Below the pieces are notes generated by a model. That model saw nothing but the letters and a program-made list of their open reading frames with translations, was not told the DNA's origin and did no database searches. Positions 61,131 through 64,000 of a stretch of 64,000 nucleotides of DNA are shown here, piece after piece. The stretch is from positions 1 through 64,000 of the IMG/VR virus record IMGVR_UViG_3300037851_000259; one strand, written 5' to 3'. Both the position numbers and the translations under genes were made by a program. This DNA is from a virus. The first letter of the stretch is position 1. Each line of letters starts with the position of its first letter.

Positions 61131-61721
61131 TTAGTTGGCGTAGTATTTCTGCAAGTACCGAATGCCTTGGATGTCGTCTTGTGTAAGTTGGCTAGGTGAG
61201 CCTTGGTACAGACCGCCCATGATGGACCTTGCTGCTGAAGAACTTCTTGGCCATCCACAGTTGGGATGGAAAACTATCTGAGAAGCATTGCCAGGAGCAT
61301 ATTGGTCACACAATCCATAGGCATGCCCAAGCTCATGCGCCATCACCTTAAACCAATAGGCTTGGTTTACCCCATTGCACACCGTTATATCGTGATGGTT
61401 GCCAGACTGCGTATGATAGCCCACTACATTGTTTGGACAGTTACCAAAGCTTAACTTAGCTGACCCATCATACAGTCTTCTGCGGTCACAGGCCACAGCA
61501 GTCATAAGGCGATGATGAACCCCTCTTGCGTTGTTCCATTCCCAAAGAGCGTCGTTAGCTACCTTGCGGAGTTCAGTTGGTCCACATATCATCAGGGTTT
61601 TTGCGTTTATGAAAGTAGGCTGAGATGAATTGAGTCTACCCCAATATATTTCTGAATCTGAACTGTGTATGCCGCCGCCACATCCAAGAAGTAACAGTGC
61701 TGAGATTATTAGATATTTCAT
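61131..61721 (-). CDS. Lipoprotein zinc metalloprotease (HEXXHXXGXXD, snapalysin/metzincin-like)
   Basis: Signal plus lipobox MKYLIISALLLLGCGG. Active site VMAHELGHAYGLCDQY. ATG at 61721 after GGAGG. Confidence 0.65.
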   Translation of the reverse strand: MKYLIISALLLLGCGGGIHSSDSEIYWGRLNSSQPTFINAKTLMICGPTELRKVANDALWEWNNARGVHHRLMTAVACDRRRLYDGSAKLSFGNCPNNVVGYHTQSGNHHDITVCNGVNQAYWFKVMAHELGHAYGLCDQYAPGNASQIVFHPNCGWPRSSSAARSIMGGLYQGSPSQLTQDDIQGIRYLQKYYAN

Positions 61722-61761
61722 AGACACCTCCTACCTTAATTGTAGGAGGTAGAGGAGAGAC

Positions 61762-62553
61762 TCAGTTCTTAAACCAGCACGCGGGTCTCGGTTTATCGAG
61801 TGTCCCCGCCACATAAGTGTCAAGACGGCACTGAACAGTCTCGGGATAACTAAGCTGAGTACGAGTGACAACCGTAGGGTCAGGAGTTTCAAACTGAGGA
61901 ACAGGCTCTTGCATCAAGCTAGCCAGAAGAGTGGCCAGACCCTTACCACCAAGCAGAGAGTTCATACAACGCTTGTCCATGACAGGTTCTGCGTCTGCCA
62001 TCATTCCAGGAACCTTGCACACTTCTTCAATGAACGAGCCGTAGTCTCCAGATTCACTCTGAAGAGCAGGGACAAGAGCGTAGATGCGACGATATGCGTC
62101 AAGTGTGGAATACCAGTCCGATTGGCCTTCAGCTGCCATCTTACGAGCAGCGTTCACATACGGAGCCCCTGCATAGGCATGACCGAGTTCATGAGAAAGT
62201 ACGATAGCGAAGCCAGAGAGGTTTACTTCGGAACGACGTGCGAGTCCTCCGAACATGTTGATAGTCACTTCTCCAGGAGTGCATCCGCGACACACATTGG
62301 CATTGACTGTAGAATCAGTCCATTTCTTGTTGATGACCATCCTCTCATTGTTTGCTCTGCTCTCTTCTGCAAAAGCCTTCTTGCCAGCGTCACAGATTTC
62401 ATTGAACAGGGCCTGAGTCATGGTATTGTCTTTGCAGTAAAGACAGTCCTCTTTCCAAAGATCGTTATCCGGCATGAAGCTTTGAGCAGCGGGGGCAGCA
62501 ACCCCACAACTGGAGATGATGAGTGCAGAAAGTGCAAAAACAGTCTTAAACAC
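61762..62553 (-). CDS. Lipoprotein zinc metalloprotease (HEXXH)
   Basis: GTG at 62553 after AAGGAGAG gives VFKTVFALSALIISSCG (signal plus lipobox). Active site VLSHELGHAY. Confidence 0.6.
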   Translation of the reverse strand: MFKTVFALSALIISSCGVAAPAAQSFMPDNDLWKEDCLYCKDNTMTQALFNEICDAGKKAFAEESRANNERMVINKKWTDSTVNANVCRGCTPGEVTINMFGGLARRSEVNLSGFAIVLSHELGHAYAGAPYVNAARKMAAEGQSDWYSTLDAYRRIYALVPALQSESGDYGSFIEEVCKVPGMMADAEPVMDKRCMNSLLGGKGLATLLASLMQEPVPQFETPDPTVVTRTQLSYPETVQCRLDTYVAGTLDKPRPACWFKN

Positions 62554-62665
62554 GATACTTCTCTCCTTCGCTTTGGTCGGCTGGTCGGCCAACAGATTGA
62601 TTATACTCCTCTCAACCAAGTACAATTGAGATATAAGTAAACAGAGTCTTTTAAGGAGATGTTTA

Positions 62666-63274
62666 ATGGTTAATCCTCTGAGAATCGTGTACAACTATTT
62701 GGTACCAGTCATCAAATTCACTAGCAAGATACATATGCCTTGGTCCCATAAGCAGACTACGGGGGATGACTATTACAGAGCTTGGAAAGTTCTTAAGCCT
62801 GGGTATCTCATCTTTACTCATACGTCTGGAGAACTGACTACGTTCACTATCCCAGGGTTCTGGAAGCACTGTGCGATTTATAGCAGCGCCGGTCACGACA
62901 TCGTGGACGAGCTTGTGGTAGACGCTACTAGAAAAGGTGTCACAGCTCATCCCCTGGCTTCCTTTCTCCTCCATACCGACTACTTCATTGTGCTTAGGTG
63001 CAAGGACCTTACAGACGAGGAGCATGAAGAAGTTGCCAAGCACGCTGTTGAGAAAGTTGGAAGCGAGTACGATTTCCAATTTGCCCTCAACAACGATTCC
63101 TTCTACTGTTTTGAGCTTGCCTTCGCTGCTTTGTGTGAACAGCAAGGCAAACAAATCTTCGAACCTACACTGTTCCTTGGGGAAGCGAAGGTAGACGGAG
63201 ACGACTTTCTCAAGAGTGGCAAATTTGAGGTTGTTTACGTCTCTGAAAAATGCCCACCTAAAGGCTTGTCTTAA
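62666..63274 (+). CDS. Permuted papain-like (YiiX/C92, NlpC/P60-related) amidase; possible endolysin or cell-wall hydrolase
   Basis: PGYLIFTH...WKHCAIY...VVDATRKGV...GSEYDFQF...DSFYCFELAF matches the GD.i......sH.giy...viEa...YD..f...yCSelv pattern. AAGGAG SD. Confidence 0.55.
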   Translation: MVNPLRIVYNYLVPVIKFTSKIHMPWSHKQTTGDDYYRAWKVLKPGYLIFTHTSGELTTFTIPGFWKHCAIYSSAGHDIVDELVVDATRKGVTAHPLASFLLHTDYFIVLRCKDLTDEEHEEVAKHAVEKVGSEYDFQFALNNDSFYCFELAFAALCEQQGKQIFEPTLFLGEAKVDGDDFLKSGKFEVVYVSEKCPPKGLS

Positions 63275-63321
63275 GTGTAGCTTTGGGCTATACTGGTTTT
63301 AGTTGAGAAGGAGTTTACGCC

Positions 63322-63381
63322 ATGTCCCAGTCTTATCAAAACCAACAGAGTAATTACCATTGGTCGAGATGGGTGGTGTAG
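63322..63381 (+). CDS. 19-codon micro-ORF (MSQSYQNQQSNYHWSRWVV), speculative
   Basis: ATG preceded by GAAGGAG at 8-nt spacing, followed within 30 nt by a terminator. Too short to judge coding status. Confidence 0.2.
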   Translation: MSQSYQNQQSNYHWSRWVV

Positions 63382-63408
63382 ATTTTGTGCTCAACTAGAG
63401 CAAGTCAA

Positions 63409-63446
63409 CCGCCCACCTCAGAAAACTGGAGTGGGCGGTTTTGTTT
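63409..63446 (+). terminator. Rho-independent terminator
   Basis: Stem CCGCCCAC/GTGGGCGG (63409-63416 and 63431-63438), followed by TTTTGTTT. Confidence 0.7.
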
Positions 63447-63448
63447 AT

Positions 63449-63535
63449 GGAAGTTTGCCGGAGTGGTAACGGGCCTCGGTGCTAACGAGAGACACTCGAA
63501 AGGGTGCGTGCGTTCGATTCGCACAACTTCCGCCA
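63449..63535 (+). tRNA. tRNA-Ser (anticodon GCT), class II with long variable arm, CCA encoded
   Basis: Acceptor GGAAGTT/AACTTCC, anticodon loop GTGCTAA, variable-arm hairpin, T arm GTGCG-TTCGATT-CGCAC, discriminator G plus CCA. Confidence 0.8.
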
Positions 63536-63569
63536 GCTTTTTGATAATTGAAGACCAGGTTTAGTAAAT

Positions 63570-63645
63570 GGCTCAGTAGCATAAGTGGAAATGCGCTTGA
63601 CTGTTAATCAAAGGATAGCTGGTTCGAATCCAGTCTGGGCCGCCA
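63570..63645 (+). tRNA. tRNA-Asn (anticodon GTT), CCA encoded
   Basis: Acceptor GGCTCAG/CTGGGCC (one G-U), anticodon stem-loop CTTGA-CTGTTAA-TCAAA, T arm GCTGG-TTCGAAT-CCAGT. Confidence 0.8.
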
Positions 63646-63651
63646 TTTCAT

Positions 63652-63727
63652 AGGGGTGTCGACAAGTGGCTAAGTCAACGGTTTTTGATACCGTCATTCG
63701 CAGGTCCGAATCCTGCCACCCCTGCCA
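63652..63727 (+). tRNA. tRNA-Gln (anticodon TTG), CCA encoded
   Basis: Acceptor AGGGGTG/CACCCCT, anticodon stem-loop ACGGT-TTTTGAT-ACCGT, T arm GCAGG-TCCGAAT-CCTGC. Confidence 0.8.
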
Positions 63728-63734
63728 TTTTTAT

Positions 63735-63812
63735 GTTGAGCGTGACGGAATTAGTAGACGTGCCAGACTGTGACTCTGGTTTTTGCGGGTGCGAGTCCCG
63801 TCGCTCACCCCA
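63735..63812 (+). tRNA. tRNA-His (anticodon GTG) with encoded G-1; atypical features
   Basis: Anticodon stem-loop CCAGA-CTGTGAC-TCTGG. G-1 lies opposite C73. Position 1 is U opposite C72 (mismatch), and the T loop reads TGCGAGT instead of TTCxAxT. Confidence 0.6.
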
Positions 63813-63817
63813 CTTTT

Positions 63818-63893
63818 ACGGAGTTAGCTCAGTTGGTAGAGCAATTGATTCCAAATCAATCGGTCGAGGGTTCAACCCCTTCACTCCGTGCCA
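63818..63893 (+). tRNA. tRNA-Trp (anticodon CCA), CCA end encoded
   Basis: Acceptor ACGGAGT/ACTCCGT, D arm GCTC-AGTTGGTA-GAGC, anticodon stem-loop ATTGA-TTCCAAA-TCAAT. Confidence 0.85.
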
Positions 63894-63902
63894 GTTTATC
63901 TT

Positions 63903-63987
63903 GGGCGAGTCGCATAGCGGCAATTGCAGGAGGCTGTAAACTTCCCGGCTTCGGTCTACGTTGGTTCGAGTCCAACCTTGCCCACCA
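63903..63987 (+). tRNA. tRNA-Tyr (anticodon GTA), class II with long variable arm, CCA encoded
   Basis: Acceptor GGGCGAG/CTTGCCC, anticodon stem-loop GGAGG-CTGTAAA-CTTCC, T arm GTTGG-TTCGAGT-CCAAC, discriminator A plus CCA. Confidence 0.85.
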
Positions 63988-64000
63988 CTTTACATCAGGA

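Noticed and set aside
61909-62640. 243-aa + strand ORF antisense to the metalloprotease gene 61762..62553
   Set aside because: The minus-strand frame carries the signal peptide, lipobox and HEXXH motif. The + strand translation is Ser/Arg/His/Cys-rich.
1-64000. Search by eye for integrase/recombinase, reverse transcriptase (DGR or retron), Cas proteins, toxin-antitoxin pairs and classic holin/spanin genes
   Set aside because: I recognised no motifs for any of these (for example YxDD for RT, the R..H..R..Y tyrosine-recombinase pattern, RuvC or HD nuclease signatures of Cas) in the listed ORFs. This absence rests on eye inspection only and should be confirmed with profile searches.

Overview
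This window reads as part of a large tailed dsDNA phage genome (myovirus-like). I saw no cellular housekeeping genes, integrase, reverse transcriptase or CRISPR/cas.

**Packaging and structural genes**
- Large terminase split by an intein, followed by a probable portal.
- A 951-aa sheath-like protein, a probable HK97-fold major capsid protein and a prohead protease.
- Several codon-optimised small virion genes, each with its own terminator.

**Replication and nucleotide metabolism**
- DnaE-type Pol III alpha, DnaB-like helicase and a DnaG/T7-type primase.
- An AEP primase-polymerase-like ORF.
- A class II ribonucleotide reductase carrying three inteins, and a dCMP deaminase.

**Accessory content**
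- GroEL-like chaperonin and a ClpP-like protease.
- DRB0094-type RNA ligase and a HAD phosphatase.
- Two paralogous free-standing homing-endonuclease-like genes.
- Lipoprotein-type HNH nuclease, two lipoprotein zinc metalloproteases and a permuted papain-like amidase.
- Six tRNA genes at the right edge.

**Observations I consider most worth follow-up**
1. 32155-34924: two same-strand reading frames stay open together for about 0.77 kb and again for about 0.6 kb, inside and around an 882-codon ORF.
2. 28354-28374: a 3x7-nt tandem repeat sits on the stop codon of a 688-aa ORF. Losing one unit would fuse a 75-codon tail that looks coding.
3. 47770-49773: a tandem array of five paralogs, one of them interrupted by a -1 frameshift.
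4. A 25-bp iteron array next to an RHH gene, plus a 620-bp repeat-rich noncoding hub.
5. The RNA ligase segment, which has extreme C-ending codon usage.

All functional calls rest on motifs I recognised by eye. No database search was run.
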